Shown here piece by piece: positions 1-11,703 of a stretch of DNA of 59,855 nucleotides (the stretch's first letter is position 1; each line of letters opens with the position of its first letter). The DNA lies in the NCBI GenBank assembly GCA_007117695.1, contig SKFZ01000011.1, forward strand, positions 1 to 59,855. The letters are read 5' to 3'. The translations under genes and the position numbers were made by a program. Source of the stretch: Bacilli bacterium. Lineage in GTDB: Bacteria; Bacillota_I; Bacilli_A; RF39; UBA660. Under the pieces are notes generated by a model, which saw only the letters and a list, made by a program, of their open reading frames with translations, did no database searches and was not told where the DNA came from.

Positions 1-348
1 AGTTTGAGGTTCAACCCCTGCTTGAGCATCTATTAAAGCAACCGCACCATCAAGTACACGAAGTGATCTAGAAACTTCAACTGTGAAGTCTACGTGACCA
101 GGTGTATCGATAATGTTTAACCTGTGATTTTTCCAACGTGCTGTTGTTGCTGCTGATGTAATTGTAATACCACGTTCTTGTTCTTGTTCCATCCAGTCCA
201 TTTGAGAAGCCCCATCGTGAGTTTCTCCAATTTTATGAATTTTTTTTGTGTGAAACAATATACGTTCTGTACAAGTTGTTTTACCAGCATCAATATGGGC
301 CATGATTCCTAAATTTCTTGTTTTCTCTAAACTAAATTCACGAGCCAT
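1..348 (-). CDS. fusA: Elongation factor G, 5' part (runs off window edge)
   Basis: Manual translation from ATG at 348: [25 protein letters not shown]...[11 protein letters not shown]...DTPGHVDF; follows rpsL-rpsG. Confidence 0.98.
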   Translation of the reverse strand, partial: MAREFSLEKTRNLGIMAHIDAGKTTCTERILFHTKKIHKIGETHDGASQMDWMEQEQERGITITSAATTARWKNHRLNIIDTPGHVDFTVEVSRSLRVLDGAVALIDAQAGVEPQT

Positions 349-368
349 AATATTTATTTCCTTTCTTT

Positions 369-836
369 CTACCAACGATAATGTGCAAATGCTTTATTAG
401 CTTCTGCCATACGGTGGATTTCTTCACGTTTTTTAACTGCTGCACCTGTTCCATTAGATGCATCGATTATTTCATTAGCCAAATTATCAGCCATGCTTTT
501 ACCATTTCTAAGCCTTGCATAGTTTACTAACCAACGTAATGCAAGTTGTCTTGAACGGTCTGATTTAACCTCAATTGGTACTTGGTAATTAGCACCACCA
601 ACACGACGAGATTTAACTTCTAATGCTGGTTTTATATTTTCAAGTGCTGCTTCGAACACTTCCATTGGATCTTTATTAGTTCTTTCTTTGATTACATCAA
701 AGGCATCATACAAAATTGTTTGTGCTTGACCTTTTTTACCATCAACCATAATTCTATTAATTAATTTAGTAACTAATTTAGAATTATACATTGGATCTGC
801 TAGCACATCTCTTTTTTCCGCACGTCTTTTTCTCAT
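369..836 (-). CDS. rpsG: 30S ribosomal protein S7
   Basis: [11 protein letters not shown] and [13 protein letters not shown] motifs; str operon position. Confidence 0.99.
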   Translation of the reverse strand: MRKRRAEKRDVLADPMYNSKLVTKLINRIMVDGKKGQAQTILYDAFDVIKERTNKDPMEVFEAALENIKPALEVKSRRVGGANYQVPIEVKSDRSRQLALRWLVNYARLRNGKSMADNLANEIIDASNGTGAAVKKREEIHRMAEANKAFAHYRW

Positions 837-870
837 AATATCCTCCCTTCACTTTTATAAAATTAATTTT

Positions 871-1281
871 TTACTTAGCTTTTTTCGTTCCATATTTAGA
901 ACGACTTTGTTTTCTATTTTCAACTCCAGAAGTATCTAAGACACCTCTAACAACATGATAACGAACCCCGATTAAGTCCTTAACTCTACCACCACGTATT
1001 AATACAACACTGTGTTCTTGCAAGTTATGTCCTTCTCCTGGGATGTATGCAATCGTTTCCATTTGATTACTAAGTCTAACACGAGCAACTTTTCTCAAAG
1101 CTGAGTTAGGTTTTTTAGGTGTTCTAGTAGAAACTCTAGTACAAACTCCACGCATTTGTGGTGATTGTTCTTTTGTATACTTCTTTTCCTTGCTGTTATA
1201 TCCCACTCCTAAAATTGGAGATTTACTTTTCTTTGCTTTACTTTTTCTTTTTTTTCTAACAAGTTGGTTTATTGTTGGCAT
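871..1281 (-). CDS. rpsL: 30S ribosomal protein S12
   Basis: [27 protein letters not shown] motifs; start moved to ATG 1281 after AGGAGG RBS. Confidence 0.99.
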   Translation of the reverse strand: MPTINQLVRKKRKSKAKKSKSPILGVGYNSKEKKYTKEQSPQMRGVCTRVSTRTPKKPNSALRKVARVRLSNQMETIAYIPGEGHNLQEHSVVLIRGGRVKDLIGVRYHVVRGVLDTSGVENRKQSRSKYGTKKAK

Positions 1282-1297
1282 AATATCCTCCTTTCTT

Positions 1298-1402
1298 AAC
1301 ACACATATCCAGGTGTTTCATTTTTGTCATTAATTATAGGTTTGCTCTTGCAAACCAAAATTAAACGCATAATAAATATATCATTTTTAAACATTAATGT
1401 CA
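1298..1402 (-). promoter_or_regulatory. rpsL promoter and leader
   Basis: Minus strand TTGACA-17-TATATT with TG extension; GGTTTGC/GCAAACC hairpin; ACACCTGGATATGTG resembles a motif recalled upstream of rpsL in Bacillota. Confidence 0.55.
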
Positions 1403-1411
1403 AACAAAAAT

Positions 1412-1441
1412 AAAAAAAATAAAGATAAACTTTATTTTTTT
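1412..1441 (-). terminator. Intrinsic terminator after pilin-like gene
   Basis: AAAAAATAAAG / CTTTATTTTTT inverted repeat, A/T-rich and weak. Confidence 0.5.
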
Positions 1442-1784
1442 AATCACACTCACTATACACATCAAAATCATCACCTATGACTTTGATAAACCAGTCACAT
1501 TCATCAACTAAATCAGAATCTAAATATCCTTCATTTATTAATGTTGTATGGTTGATTAGTAATTCGTCATTTTCATTAACAGATCCATAATATTCTTCAA
1601 CGTAAGAAGTTGCTGCTGTTAAAACTGCAGATTCTATTGATACATCTGTATCAATAGGTTCAATATCTCCAAAATTTCTACTAATTAAAAACACGGCAAC
1701 AAATAAAGCCAGTGCTAAAACCGCAATTATAATAAATTCATCGGCTAAGCCCCATCCTCTGTTGTCTTTTAAAACTTTTTTCAT
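1440..1784 (-). CDS. Atypical type IV pilin-like protein
   Basis: Basic leader ending NRG|WGLADE, hydrophobic helix, LINEGYL motif and C-terminal Cys pair shared with the other pilins. Confidence 0.6.
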   Translation of the reverse strand: MKKVLKDNRGWGLADEFIIIAVLALALFVAVFLISRNFGDIEPIDTDVSIESAVLTAATSYVEEYYGSVNENDELLINHTTLINEGYLDSDLVDECDWFIKVIGDDFDVYSECD

Positions 1785-1792
1785 ACTACCTC

Positions 1793-2452
1793 CTAAAACA
1801 AATCTCTTTCTTTAATATTTTCTTTAAAGCTATATAGCTTTGCCGGTCTTCCTGTTTGTGATTCATTTTTGTAGCCAGTATCTTCTATTAACCCCAAATT
1901 AATAAACTTTTTTCTAAAATTTCTTCGATCAAATTTTTTGCTTAATATTTGCTCATATGTTCTTTGAATCTCAGGTAATGTGAAATCACTTGGAAACAAT
2001 TCTTTCAAAACGGTACTATTAACTAATTTCTTCTTCAAGTACTCTCTTGATTCTTCTACTATTTGTAAATGGTCAAAACCTACTTTAGGCAAATTATCAA
2101 TGTCAAACCATTCATATTCATATAAAGTTTCTTCTTGCTTAATTCCTACCGTTGTACTATTTATTAATCCTACATAGTTAATTCCAATAACTCTGTTATC
2201 AATGTTTCTATCTAGTTTTGTATAAACATTATACTGCTCATATGAAATTTCTTCTAGACCTACAACACTTAAAAGAATTTCTTTAATTACATCACTATCT
2301 TCTTCATCTTCTTTTATGTTTTCAGTTGGCAAAACCCAATAGTTTTTATAAGGTTCATCTTTTTTCTTAACCATAAAAACTTTTACTGTCCCTTCGCTAA
2401 CAGTAAATAAAGTTAAGATTAATTCAACTATATTTTTTTGTTGAGTTTTCAT
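1793..2452 (-). CDS. nrtR: NrtR-family regulator (degenerate Nudix + winged HTH)
   Basis: N-terminal Nudix fold with GFDH motif and degenerate Nudix box; C-terminal FTLPEIQRTYE...DRRNFRKK...GRPAKLY. Confidence 0.85.
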   Translation of the reverse strand: MKTQQKNIVELILTLFTVSEGTVKVFMVKKKDEPYKNYWVLPTENIKEDEEDSDVIKEILLSVVGLEEISYEQYNVYTKLDRNIDNRVIGINYVGLINSTTVGIKQEETLYEYEWFDIDNLPKVGFDHLQIVEESREYLKKKLVNSTVLKELFPSDFTLPEIQRTYEQILSKKFDRRNFRKKFINLGLIEDTGYKNESQTGRPAKLYSFKENIKERDLF

Positions 2453-2472
2453 AAAAATTCACCTAATTTCTT

Positions 2473-2521
2473 TGTGTTTGCTCTACACACTTATTTTATT
2501 ACTTTTAGCAAGCAATGTCAA
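2473..2521 (-). promoter_or_regulatory. Sigma-A promoter of nrtR with NrtR-type operator
   Basis: TTGACA (2516-2521), 17 nt, TAAAAT (2493-2498), then palindrome TGTGT-N7-ACACA (2473-2489) matching the GT-N7-AC NrtR core. Confidence 0.7.
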
Positions 2522-2546
2522 ATGAAAAAGACAGCATTGCTGTCTT
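2522..2546 (-). terminator. rpoC terminator overlapping the stop codon
   Basis: AAGACAGCA-N-TGCTGTCTT inverted repeat followed by a T-rich tract on the minus strand. Confidence 0.75.
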
Positions 2547-5500
2547 AATCTAACAATTCTTTTTCAAGAGCTTCTAAAGGTTCATCTTTTAATAAATCAA
2601 TTTCCAAATCAAACTCTGGCTTTTTGTACTTCTTAGCACCTGTACCAGCTGGAATTAATTTACCAATTATAATGTTTTCTTTTAAACCTTCTAAGTGATC
2701 AACTTTACCTTGAATTGCAGCATCTGTTAACATTCTTGTCGTTTCTTGGAAAGACGCTGCTGATAAGAACGATTCAGTTTCTAATGATACTTTAGTAATA
2801 CCACTTAATACTGGTTTACCTTTAGCTGGAATTTTTCCTTCTAAAATAATATTCTTATTCTCGTTTGTAAATATTCCAATATTAACAGTTGTTCCTGGCA
2901 ACATTTTTGTTGAACCCGGATCTGTAATTTTAATTCGAGAAATCATTCTTCTAGCAATTATCTCAATATGCATATCAGCAACATCAACACCTTGAGATCT
3001 ATATACTTTTTGAATTTCTGAAATTATATATTTTTGAACTGCTAAAGGATTTGTAACTGCAAGCATTTCCTTTGGACTAATTGCCCCTTGGTTAAGCTTT
3101 TGGCCTGCTTCTACTTTATCACCTTTTTTAACAATTAATTTAGCTCCATAATTTGTAACGTGTTCTTTAGTCTCAACATCGTTTTTAATAGTTACAACAT
3201 GTCTACCTTTATCTTCATCAATTTCGATTACTTCACCAGTAATTTCGGCGATTGTCGATTTACCTTTAGGGTTTCTAGCCTCAAATAACTCTTCTACTCT
3301 AGGTAAACCTTGAGTAATGTCATCACCTGCAACACCACCAGTGTTAAAAGTTCTCATCGTTAGCTGTGTACCTGGTTCACCAATAGACTGAGCCGCTATA
3401 ATACCAACAGCTTCGCCTACTTCAACCACATTACCTGTAGCATGATTAATTCCGTAACATTTTTGACAAACACCACGATCTACTTTACAAGTTAATACAC
3501 TTCTAATAGGTACTTTTTTAATGTCTGCATTAATTATTTTATCAGCTAATCTTTCAGTTATAAAAGTATTTGCCTCAATTAATACATCTTTAGAACTTGG
3601 ATCTATAATGTTTTTCCAAGTGTACCTTCCAATAATTCTTTCTTTTAACGTTTCTACTACTGTACCATCTTTATCATTGTATATGGTTTCAGCTACAATA
3701 CCCTCGGTTGTTCCACATTCTTCGCTTTTAACGATCATGTCTTGAACTACGTCTACTAATCTTCTAGTTAAATAACCTGCTTCAGCAGTTTTTAAAGCTG
3801 TATCTGCCGCACCTTTTCTAGTACCATGAGTAGATGTAAAGAATTCTGTTACTGTAACACCTTCTGTAAATGATGATGTAACAGGAATCTCAATAAATTT
3901 ACCTGATGGTTTATTAAATAGTCCACGCATACCTGCTAGCTGGTTATAATAACTAATATTACCACGAGCTTTTGATCTAATCATAATAGAAACAGGATTA
4001 TCAACATCATTAATAATTATTTCTTCTAATTCTTTTTCTATTGTATCTTTTGTTTCTGTCCATACTTCAACAACTTTAGCACTACGTTCAACATCTGTTA
4101 TTAACCCACGCTTAAAGTGTTTATTAATTTTTTCAACTTTACCTTGTGATTCAATTAATAATTCTTGTTTCTTTTTACTTTCTTTAACATCAGTTATCGC
4201 AATAGAAATACCTGATAATGTAGAATATTTAAATCCTAAATCTTTCATTTTATCAAGCATTGATGATGTTTCAGCTGTTTGATATCTTTTATATATTTGG
4301 GCAATTATATCGCCAAGTTTTCCTTTACCAAATGGTTCATTAATTGGCATATTAGCAATATGCTCTTTTAAATTAATACCTCTACCAACAAAACACTCTG
4401 CAGGTGTAATGTTTTCGATATTTTCCACAGTTCCAACATTAATAAATTGGAATGTATCTGGAAAAACCTCATTAAATATAATTTTCCCAGGCGTAGTTAC
4501 TAAATATTGATCTTTATATACTTCTGGAAATAACTTATATTTAAATGATTTGATTGGCAAAGCAATCCTTGCATGAAGACTTATTTCTTTTCTTTCATAC
4601 GACATAATTACTTCATTAGAATCTTTAAACACTCTTCCTTCACCTAATGCGCCTGCTTTTTCCATAGTTAAGTAATAATTACCTAAAACCATATCTTGAG
4701 CTGGCGTAACAATTGGTTTACCATCTGTTGGTTTCAAAATATTGTTTGAACCAAGCATTAATATTCTAGCCTCAGCTTTTGCTTCTTCTCCAATTGGAAC
4801 GTGAACCGCCATTTGGTCACCATCAAAGTCCGCATTAAATGCTGGACACACTAGTGGATGAAGCCTAATTGCTCTTCCGTTAATCAATTTTGGTTGGAAT
4901 GCTTGAATACCAAGTCTATGAAGAGTTGGCGCTCTATTAAGTAAAACTGGATGTTCTTGGATTTTTTCCTCTACAACATCCCAAACTCTTGGATCTTGAT
5001 TCTCAATCATTCGCTTAGCTGCCTTAATGTTAGATGCTAATTCTCTAGCCATCAATCCATTAATAACATGTGGTTTGAAAAGTTCAAGTGCCATCTCTTT
5101 TGGAATACCACATTCATACATTTTCAATGTAGGTCCAACAACAATAACAGAACGTCCCGAATAATCAACACGTTTACCTAGTAAGTTTTGACGGAAACGA
5201 CCTTGCTTACCTTTTAACATGTTAGAAAGTGATTTAAGCGGCCTATTTCCTGGACCAGTAATGTTTTTACCACGTCGTCCATTATCAAATAATGCATCCA
5301 CTGCTTCTTGAAGCATTCTTTTTTCATTTTGAATAATGATAGATGGTGCTCCAAGTTCAAATAACTTTTTCAATCGGTTATTTCTATTAATAACTCTTCT
5401 ATATAAATCATTTAAGTCACTTGCTGCAAACCTTCCACCATCAAGTTGAATCATCGGTCTAAGTTCAGGCGGTATAACCGGAAGTGCTCTTAAGATCATC

Positions 5501-6180
5501 CATTCTGGTTTATTTCCCGATTCTTTTAATGAACTTAGTACTTCAAGTCTTTTAATTAATTTGACTCTTCTTTGTGAAGTATTATCTTTGATTTCTGCTA
5601 GTTCGCTATCAATCGCTTTTATTTCTTTATCCAAGTCAACATTTTTAAGCAGTTCCTCAATCGCTTCAGCTCCCATGCCAACTTTAAATTGATCACCATA
5701 TATTTCGTAATATTTACGGTATTCACGATCAGATATCGTTTGTTTATATTCAATTGGTGCCGGACCTGGGTCCAAAACAACATAAGATACAAAATATAAA
5801 ACTTCCTCTAAGTCTCTTGGTGTCATCTCAAGAACTAGTCCCATACGAGGTGGAACTCCTTTTGAAAACCAGATGTGAGAGACAGGACTAGCTAATTCAA
5901 TGTGCCCCATTCTCTCTCTTCTAACCTTAGCAGTAGTTACTTCAACACCACAACGGTCACAAGTAACACCTTTATATCTTAACCTTTTATACTTACCACA
6001 ATTACATTCAAAGTCTTTAGTTGGACCAAAAATCTTTTCACAAAACAAACCTTCTTTTTCAGGTTTAAGCGTACGATAATTTATAGTTTCAGCTTTGTTA
6101 ACCTCACCGTATGACCAACTTCTTATTTTATCAGGAGATGCAATTCCAATTTTAATACCTTCAAAACTATTTACATTCAT
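2545..6180 (-). CDS. rpoC: RNA polymerase beta' subunit
   Basis: [12 protein letters not shown] catalytic motif, Zn-finger cysteines, [17 protein letters not shown]. Confidence 0.99.
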   Translation of the reverse strand: MNVNSFEGIKIGIASPDKIRSWSYGEVNKAETINYRTLKPEKEGLFCEKIFGPTKDFECNCGKYKRLRYKGVTCDRCGVEVTTAKVRRERMGHIELASPVSHIWFSKGVPPRMGLVLEMTPRDLEEVLYFVSYVVLDPGPAPIEYKQTISDREYRKYYEIYGDQFKVGMGAEAIEELLKNVDLDKEIKAIDSELAEIKDNTSQRRVKLIKRLEVLSSLKESGNKPEWMILRALPVIPPELRPMIQLDGGRFAASDLNDLYRRVINRNNRLKKLFELGAPSIIIQNEKRMLQEAVDALFDNGRRGKNITGPGNRPLKSLSNMLKGKQGRFRQNLLGKRVDYSGRSVIVVGPTLKMYECGIPKEMALELFKPHVINGLMARELASNIKAAKRMIENQDPRVWDVVEEKIQEHPVLLNRAPTLHRLGIQAFQPKLINGRAIRLHPLVCPAFNADFDGDQMAVHVPIGEEAKAEARILMLGSNNILKPTDGKPIVTPAQDMVLGNYYLTMEKAGALGEGRVFKDSNEVIMSYERKEISLHARIALPIKSFKYKLFPEVYKDQYLVTTPGKIIFNEVFPDTFQFINVGTVENIENITPAECFVGRGINLKEHIANMPINEPFGKGKLGDIIAQIYKRYQTAETSSMLDKMKDLGFKYSTLSGISIAITDVKESKKKQELLIESQGKVEKINKHFKRGLITDVERSAKVVEVWTETKDTIEKELEEIIINDVDNPVSIMIRSKARGNISYYNQLAGMRGLFNKPSGKFIEIPVTSSFTEGVTVTEFFTSTHGTRKGAADTALKTAEAGYLTRRLVDVVQDMIVKSEECGTTEGIVAETIYNDKDGTVVETLKERIIGRYTWKNIIDPSSKDVLIEANTFITERLADKIINADIKKVPIRSVLTCKVDRGVCQKCYGINHATGNVVEVGEAVGIIAAQSIGEPGTQLTMRTFNTGGVAGDDITQGLPRVEELFEARNPKGKSTIAEITGEVIEIDEDKGRHVVTIKNDVETKEHVTNYGAKLIVKKGDKVEAGQKLNQGAISPKEMLAVTNPLAVQKYIISEIQKVYRSQGVDVADMHIEIIARRMISRIKITDPGSTKMLPGTTVNIGIFTNENKNIILEGKIPAKGKPVLSGITKVSLETESFLSAASFQETTRMLTDAAIQGKVDHLEGLKENIIIGKLIPAGTGAKKYKKPEFDLEIDLLKDEPLEALEKELLD

Positions 6181-9100
6181 TAAGCTTCATCTCCTTTTTC
6201 AACTTTTTCTTCTTTGAAGTAATTAGATATTTCTTCTTTTACTTCTTCAATTGACATTTCATCAATCATATCTGTTAAATCTACATCTTTAACTGCATTT
6301 AAAGTTTTAAAGCCAATCTTTTCTAAGGCTTCAATAGCCTTACTACTTAAAGAAGTGTCTTCCAATAAAACCTCTTCTTCTACTTCTTCTAAAGATTCTA
6401 CCTCTTCATTTTCTGCTTCTTCAAGCGCTAACTTAGCTTCTTGTTCTTTTTTAAGTTCTAATTCTTCTAGATCTCTAATTTCTCTATACTCTCCATCTTC
6501 TGATAAAACAGTAATATCAAGACCTAAAGCTTGGAATTCTTTAATTAAAACTCTAAATGATTCAGGAATGCCCGGTTTTGGTATTGGATTTCCTTTTGCT
6601 AATGCTTCATAAACCTTAACACGTCCTACAACATCATCAGATTTAATAGTCATAATTTCTTGTAATATGTTAGCAGCACCATATGCATAAAGTGCCCAAA
6701 CTTCCATTTCACCAAATCTTTGTCCACCCATTTGTGCCTTACCACCAAGTGGTTGTTGCGTAACAAGTGAATATGGACCTATAGCTCTAGCATGAAGTTT
6801 GTCATCAATCATATGATTAAGTTTTAGCATATACATAACACCAACACTGACGTCATTGTCAAATGCTTCACCTGTTCTACCATCATATAGTTTAAACTTT
6901 CCGCTTCTACCTAGTCCTGCTTCTTCAAGAGCATCTAAAATTTCATCTTTAGTCGCACCATCAAATACTGGTGTTGCAACTTTGATTCCTAATTTTTTAG
7001 CAGCCATTCCTAAATGTAGTTCTAATATTTGTCCTATGTTAAGTCTTGATGGAACCCCAAGTGGACTAAGTAAGATATCAATTTGAGTACCATCTTTCAT
7101 ATAAGGCATATCTTCTTCAGGTAAAATCAATGAAATAACACCTTTATTACCGTGACGACCTGCGACCTTATCACCAACATTTATTTTTCTTTTCTTAGCA
7201 ATATATACACTAACACGTTTAAGTACTCCAGCACTTAACTCATCACAGTTTTCTTTTGTAAAAACTTTAACATCTTGTACTATACCGCCTCCACCATGTG
7301 GAACTCTTAGAGAAGTATCTCTAACCTCTCTTGTTTTTTCGCCGAATATTGCATGCAACAATTTTTCTTCAGATGTTAATTCCGCAACACCTTTTGGTGT
7401 AACTCTACCAACTAAAATGTCATCGTCACCTACTACGGTACCTATTCTTACAATACCACTGTCATCTAAATTTTTTCTAGAAGCTTCTGATACATTAGGT
7501 ATATCTCTAGTAAACTCTTCTGGGCCTAACTTAGTATCTCTACTTTCAATATCATATTGATCAATATGAATAGAAGTATAAACTTCATCTTTAACTAATC
7601 TTTCGTTAATAACTACAGCATCCTCATAGTTATAACCATCATAATTCATGAATGCTACTGTTAGGTTTTTCCCAACTGCCATCTCTCCTAAATCGGTAGA
7701 TGCACCGTCTGCTAAAACCATACCTTTTTTAACTTTATCGCCGACTTTAACAATCGGTTGTTGATTATAACAAGTACCTGAATTCGTTATTTCAAACTTA
7801 TCTAAATAATAAGTTTCCTCTGATTTTTTTGTTTTTATCGTAATTTTTTTAGAATCAACATAACTAACAACGCCATCTGATTTAGATTTAACTAAAACAC
7901 CTGCATCATATACAGAAACTGCTTCTATACCAGTACCAACAATTGGTGAATCTGATTTTATTAAAGGAACAGCTTGTCTTTGCATGTTAGATCCCATAAG
8001 CGCTCTTTTACCATCATCATGCTCCAAGAATGGAACACCAGATGTCGTAATCGAAACTGTTTGTTGTGGTGATACATCTAAGAAATCAATTTTTTCTTTA
8101 TCAACCATAATAGTTTCACCACGATGTCTTGCAGAAGTCTTACCTTCTACTAAATATCCTTCTTCGTCAACTTTAGTTGTTGCTTGAGAAATATAAAAAG
8201 GTAACTCCTCGTCTGCTGTCATATAAACTATCTCATCTGTTAACTTACAATCTACGATTTTTCTATATGGTGTCATAATGAAACCATATTCATTTATTTT
8301 TGCATAACTAGCAAGTTGTGTAATCAATCCAATGTTTGGACCCTCAGGAGTTTCAACCGGACATAATCTTCCATAATGGGAAACGTTTACATCACGAACT
8401 GCCATACTTGCTCTTTCCCTAGATAAACCACCAGGCCCTAATGAAGTTAATCTTCTTTTAGAAGACATTTCACTAACTGGGTTTGTTTGATCTAAAAATT
8501 GTGATAACTGTGAACTACCAAAAAACTCTTTTATAGACGCTGTTAGTGGTCTAATATTAATTAGTGATTTTGGTGTTACCTCATTAATATCTTGAGTAGA
8601 CATTCTATCTCTTATCATTTTTTCTATTCTTGTAATACCAATTCTAAATTGATTTTGTAAAAGTTCACCAACTTGCTTAACTCTTCTATTAGACAAATGG
8701 TCGATTTCATCATAATTACCAATACCTTCAAATAAGTTTAAGTAATATGAAATAGACGCATAAATATCTGATATCGTTAACCTTTTTTCATCTATAGATG
8801 GATCATTACCAATTATTGGCACAATGTTTTCAGGATTAGTTTTTGAATAAACTTTAACAATTTGAACTTTGTTATGTGTATCTAATTCTTCATTTATCGG
8901 AACTTCTACCATTCCATATCCATCATCCAAAACTTCTTTTAATTCCAATAAAACTTCTTTAGTAATAGTAGTTCCTTTCTCAAAAAGAACCTTTTTACCT
9001 TTTTTGATATCTTCTGCTAAAACAGTGTCGATTAATCTTTCAAAAACATTTAATTTTTTGTTAAATTTATATCTACCAACTTTAGCTAAATCATATTTAA

Positions 9101-9887
9101 AAGCATCAAAAAACCTAGCGATTAATTGGTTTTTAGAACTTTCCAAAGTTGACGGTTCACCCGGTCTTAACTTTGAATGAATATCTATTAACGCTTCATC
9201 CCTATTATTATTTGTATCTTTTTCAATTGTTTTTTCTATTAAATGGTTTTCACCAAAAAGACTAATGATATCTTCATCATTAGATAACCCTATTGCTCTT
9301 AAAAGTGAAGTTGCTGGAAGTTTTCTTGTTCTATCAATACGAACATAAAAAATATCCCTTGCATCGGTTTCATATTCTAAATATGTTCCTCTTGACGGAA
9401 TAAGAGAACCCGTAATAAGTGTTCTACCGTTTTTATCGATTTCTCTTCCATAATAAACACTTGGAGATCTAACAAGTTGCGAAACTATAACACGCTCCGC
9501 ACCATTAAATATAAAAGTACCATTTTCAGTCATCAAAGGCATTTCGCCTAAGAAAATGTTTTGCTCAGTTACTTCACCAGTCTCATTATTAAATAATCTA
9601 GCTTCAACTTTAAGTGGTGCTGCATAAGTCGATTTTCTGTCTTTGCACCCCTTTATTGAATACGTTGGTTCATCAAATGAGTATTCACCAAATTCCAACG
9701 ACAAATTTCCAGTAAAATTCTCTACTGGAAAAATATCATCAAATACTTCTTTAATACCCTCTTCTATGAACTTTTGATAAGAATCTTTTTGAACTTCTAA
9801 AAGATTACCTAATCCAATTGCATTTTCTGTCTTTGCATAAGACCTTCTCTCACGATAATCTCCGAATTTTTTGGTTTTGTAAGCCAT
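6180..9887 (-). CDS. rpoB: RNA polymerase beta subunit with extra C-terminal domain
   Basis: [21 protein letters not shown] and ETPEGPNIG motifs. Confidence 0.99.
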   Translation of the reverse strand: MAYKTKKFGDYRERRSYAKTENAIGLGNLLEVQKDSYQKFIEEGIKEVFDDIFPVENFTGNLSLEFGEYSFDEPTYSIKGCKDRKSTYAAPLKVEARLFNNETGEVTEQNIFLGEMPLMTENGTFIFNGAERVIVSQLVRSPSVYYGREIDKNGRTLITGSLIPSRGTYLEYETDARDIFYVRIDRTRKLPATSLLRAIGLSNDEDIISLFGENHLIEKTIEKDTNNNRDEALIDIHSKLRPGEPSTLESSKNQLIARFFDAFKYDLAKVGRYKFNKKLNVFERLIDTVLAEDIKKGKKVLFEKGTTITKEVLLELKEVLDDGYGMVEVPINEELDTHNKVQIVKVYSKTNPENIVPIIGNDPSIDEKRLTISDIYASISYYLNLFEGIGNYDEIDHLSNRRVKQVGELLQNQFRIGITRIEKMIRDRMSTQDINEVTPKSLINIRPLTASIKEFFGSSQLSQFLDQTNPVSEMSSKRRLTSLGPGGLSRERASMAVRDVNVSHYGRLCPVETPEGPNIGLITQLASYAKINEYGFIMTPYRKIVDCKLTDEIVYMTADEELPFYISQATTKVDEEGYLVEGKTSARHRGETIMVDKEKIDFLDVSPQQTVSITTSGVPFLEHDDGKRALMGSNMQRQAVPLIKSDSPIVGTGIEAVSVYDAGVLVKSKSDGVVSYVDSKKITIKTKKSEETYYLDKFEITNSGTCYNQQPIVKVGDKVKKGMVLADGASTDLGEMAVGKNLTVAFMNYDGYNYEDAVVINERLVKDEVYTSIHIDQYDIESRDTKLGPEEFTRDIPNVSEASRKNLDDSGIVRIGTVVGDDDILVGRVTPKGVAELTSEEKLLHAIFGEKTREVRDTSLRVPHGGGGIVQDVKVFTKENCDELSAGVLKRVSVYIAKKRKINVGDKVAGRHGNKGVISLILPEEDMPYMKDGTQIDILLSPLGVPSRLNIGQILELHLGMAAKKLGIKVATPVFDGATKDEILDALEEAGLGRSGKFKLYDGRTGEAFDNDVSVGVMYMLKLNHMIDDKLHARAIGPYSLVTQQPLGGKAQMGGQRFGEMEVWALYAYGAANILQEIMTIKSDDVVGRVKVYEALAKGNPIPKPGIPESFRVLIKEFQALGLDITVLSEDGEYREIRDLEELELKKEQEAKLALEEAENEEVESLEEVEEEVLLEDTSLSSKAIEALEKIGFKTLNAVKDVDLTDMIDEMSIEEVKEEISNYFKEEKVEKGDEA

Positions 9888-9985
9888 TGATCCACCCCTA
9901 TAACTATAATTTTGTTCAGAAATACTCTATTAAAAATAAAAAGCATGTCACCAATATATAATGTTACCAAAGAAAAAGCAATCTG

Positions 9986-10573
9986 TCAAACATTTGTAGC
10001 TTTTATAATATAAAAACCTTTGTTTTTATTTAACAATTTTACAGAAAAACAACTTTCAAGTTTTTTCATAATTGTTTTTGCTCCTTGGTTCTTATTTACT
10101 ACAATAATTAAACTACCATTTTTCTTTAAATGTTTTTTTGAGTCAAAAAGTATTTTATATAAAATTTCATTCCCCACTCTTATCGGCGGGTTTGATATTA
10201 TAAAGTCATATTTATCATCAACATTTGAATAGCAATCACTATAAAAAATATTCACAGAAACATTATTGATATTTGCATTTTTTTTCGCTAACAACAAAGC
10301 TCTTTCATTAACATCCACCATGTCAACATTAGCAGAAGAGTTGTCTTTTATAAAAATACCGATCGGTCCATAACCACATCCAAAATCAAGAACATTTCCA
10401 TGAATCTCCTCTAACTCTAAACTCTCAATCAAACTTCTAGTTCCAAAGTCCAGACCTTTTTTAGAAAAAACTCCATGGTCTGTTTTAAATTTATATTTCT
10501 TATTTTTAATTTTAACTTCAATAAGTGATTCGTCACTTTTTAAAGTTTCATCGTTTTCAAAATAGTGTTTCAT
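9986..10573 (-). CDS. Class I SAM-dependent methyltransferase (RsmC/YbxB-like)
   Basis: GVFSKKGLDFG, LDFGCGYGPIG, SNPP motifs; usual position between rplL and rpoB. Confidence 0.9.
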   Translation of the reverse strand: MKHYFENDETLKSDESLIEVKIKNKKYKFKTDHGVFSKKGLDFGTRSLIESLELEEIHGNVLDFGCGYGPIGIFIKDNSSANVDMVDVNERALLLAKKNANINNVSVNIFYSDCYSNVDDKYDFIISNPPIRVGNEILYKILFDSKKHLKKNGSLIIVVNKNQGAKTIMKKLESCFSVKLLNKNKGFYIIKATNV

Positions 10574-10598
10574 ATGTCACCCTTTATAAAACGCTTAA

Positions 10599-10626
10599 AG
10601 CCCATACTATATAAATAGTACAGGCT
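10599..10626 (-). terminator. rplL terminator
   Basis: Minus strand AGCCTGTACTAT-TTAT-ATAGTATGGGCT then TTAAGCGTTTT. Confidence 0.65.
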
Positions 10627-10647
10627 ATAAAGTTTATGTTTTTAAAA

Positions 10648-11013
10648 TTATTTTAATTCGATAGTTGCGCCAGCTTCTTCGAATTTAGCTTTTAATTCTT
10701 CTGCTTCGTCTTTTTCAACATCTTCTTTAACAGCTCCGCCGTTATCTGCGATTGCTTTTGCTTCTTTTAATCCTAAACCAGTAATTTCTCTTACTAATTT
10801 AATAACCGCGATTTTGTTTGGTCCTGCTGCAGTTAATTCAACATTAACTGTGCTTGGTCCAGCATCTTCTGCCTCAGCAGCCGGTGCTGCAACTGCTGCT
10901 GCTGATAAATCAATACCATAAGCCTCCACCATTGCATCTGTTAATTCTTTAATTTCTAATAAATTCATTTCATTTAAACTTTCAATAAGTTTTTCAGGCG
11001 TTAATTTTGCCAT
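10648..11013 (-). CDS. rplL: 50S ribosomal protein L7/L12
   Basis: [20 protein letters not shown] and Ala-rich hinge. Confidence 0.99.
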   Translation of the reverse strand: MAKLTPEKLIESLNEMNLLEIKELTDAMVEAYGIDLSAAAVAAPAAEAEDAGPSTVNVELTAAGPNKIAVIKLVREITGLGLKEAKAIADNGGAVKEDVEKDEAEELKAKFEEAGATIELK

Positions 11014-11041
11014 AATTCTTTCCTCCTCTTTTAATTAATAA

Positions 11042-11536
11042 TTATTTTTCTTCTAAATTTTGACCATGTAAGTCAAGTGCTATTGCCAACTCTTTTACAA
11101 CACCCATCATTCCTTGGGCTAACATAGTTAACAACACTTCTCTTGATGGAACTTGTGCAAGTTTTGTTAATTTTTCTTTATCAACAACTTCTCCATCTAC
11201 ATATCCAACTTTAAGTTCTAATGCATCATGCTTTTTTGCAAAATCATATAAAACTTTAATTGGAGCAATTTGATCTTCACTAAAAGCCATAGCTTTTGGT
11301 CCAACCATATGCTCATTTAAATCGATTTTCAAATCTTCTAAAGCTCTTTTTGTCATCGTATTTTTATATACTTTAACATCAGAATCATTTTCTCTAAGCA
11401 GTTTTCTAAGTTCTTTCATTTCAAAAACAGATAATCCTGCATATTCGAAAAATACTATTGATGAAGATTTTTTGGCGTTATTTTTTATTTCTTCAATGAC
11501 ATCTTTTTTCATTTCAATAACTTTTTCACTAGCCAT
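11042..11536 (-). CDS. rplJ: 50S ribosomal protein L10
   Basis: KVYKNT and PSREVLLTML motifs; upstream of rplL. Confidence 0.98.
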   Translation of the reverse strand: MASEKVIEMKKDVIEEIKNNAKKSSSIVFFEYAGLSVFEMKELRKLLRENDSDVKVYKNTMTKRALEDLKIDLNEHMVGPKAMAFSEDQIAPIKVLYDFAKKHDALELKVGYVDGEVVDKEKLTKLAQVPSREVLLTMLAQGMMGVVKELAIALDLHGQNLEEK

Positions 11537-11555
11537 ATTACACCTCCTATTTTCT

Positions 11556-11663
11556 ATAAAAAAAGTCCTACTCGTAGAGCAGGACGAAAGACTTATTCTT
11601 AAAAATAAGATTAAGTTCCTCGGTAGGAAATATTAAGCTTTCGCTCCTACTGTCTACGGTAAT
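11556..11663 (-). ncRNA. L10 leader (autoregulatory RNA with terminator)
   Basis: Minus strand ACCGTAGACAGTAGGAG...TTAA...CCTACCGAGG, then GTCCTGCTC/GAGTAGGAC hairpin and T-run before rplJ. Confidence 0.9.
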
Positions 11664-11703
11664 ATTAACTTTTCAAACAAACACATTATAACATAAGTCC
11701 ATT

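Noticed and set aside
1339-2484. 9-bp match GTTTGCTCT between the rpsL leader hairpin and the nrtR operator
   Set aside because: The rpsL copy lacks GT-N7-AC symmetry and the match is short enough to be chance
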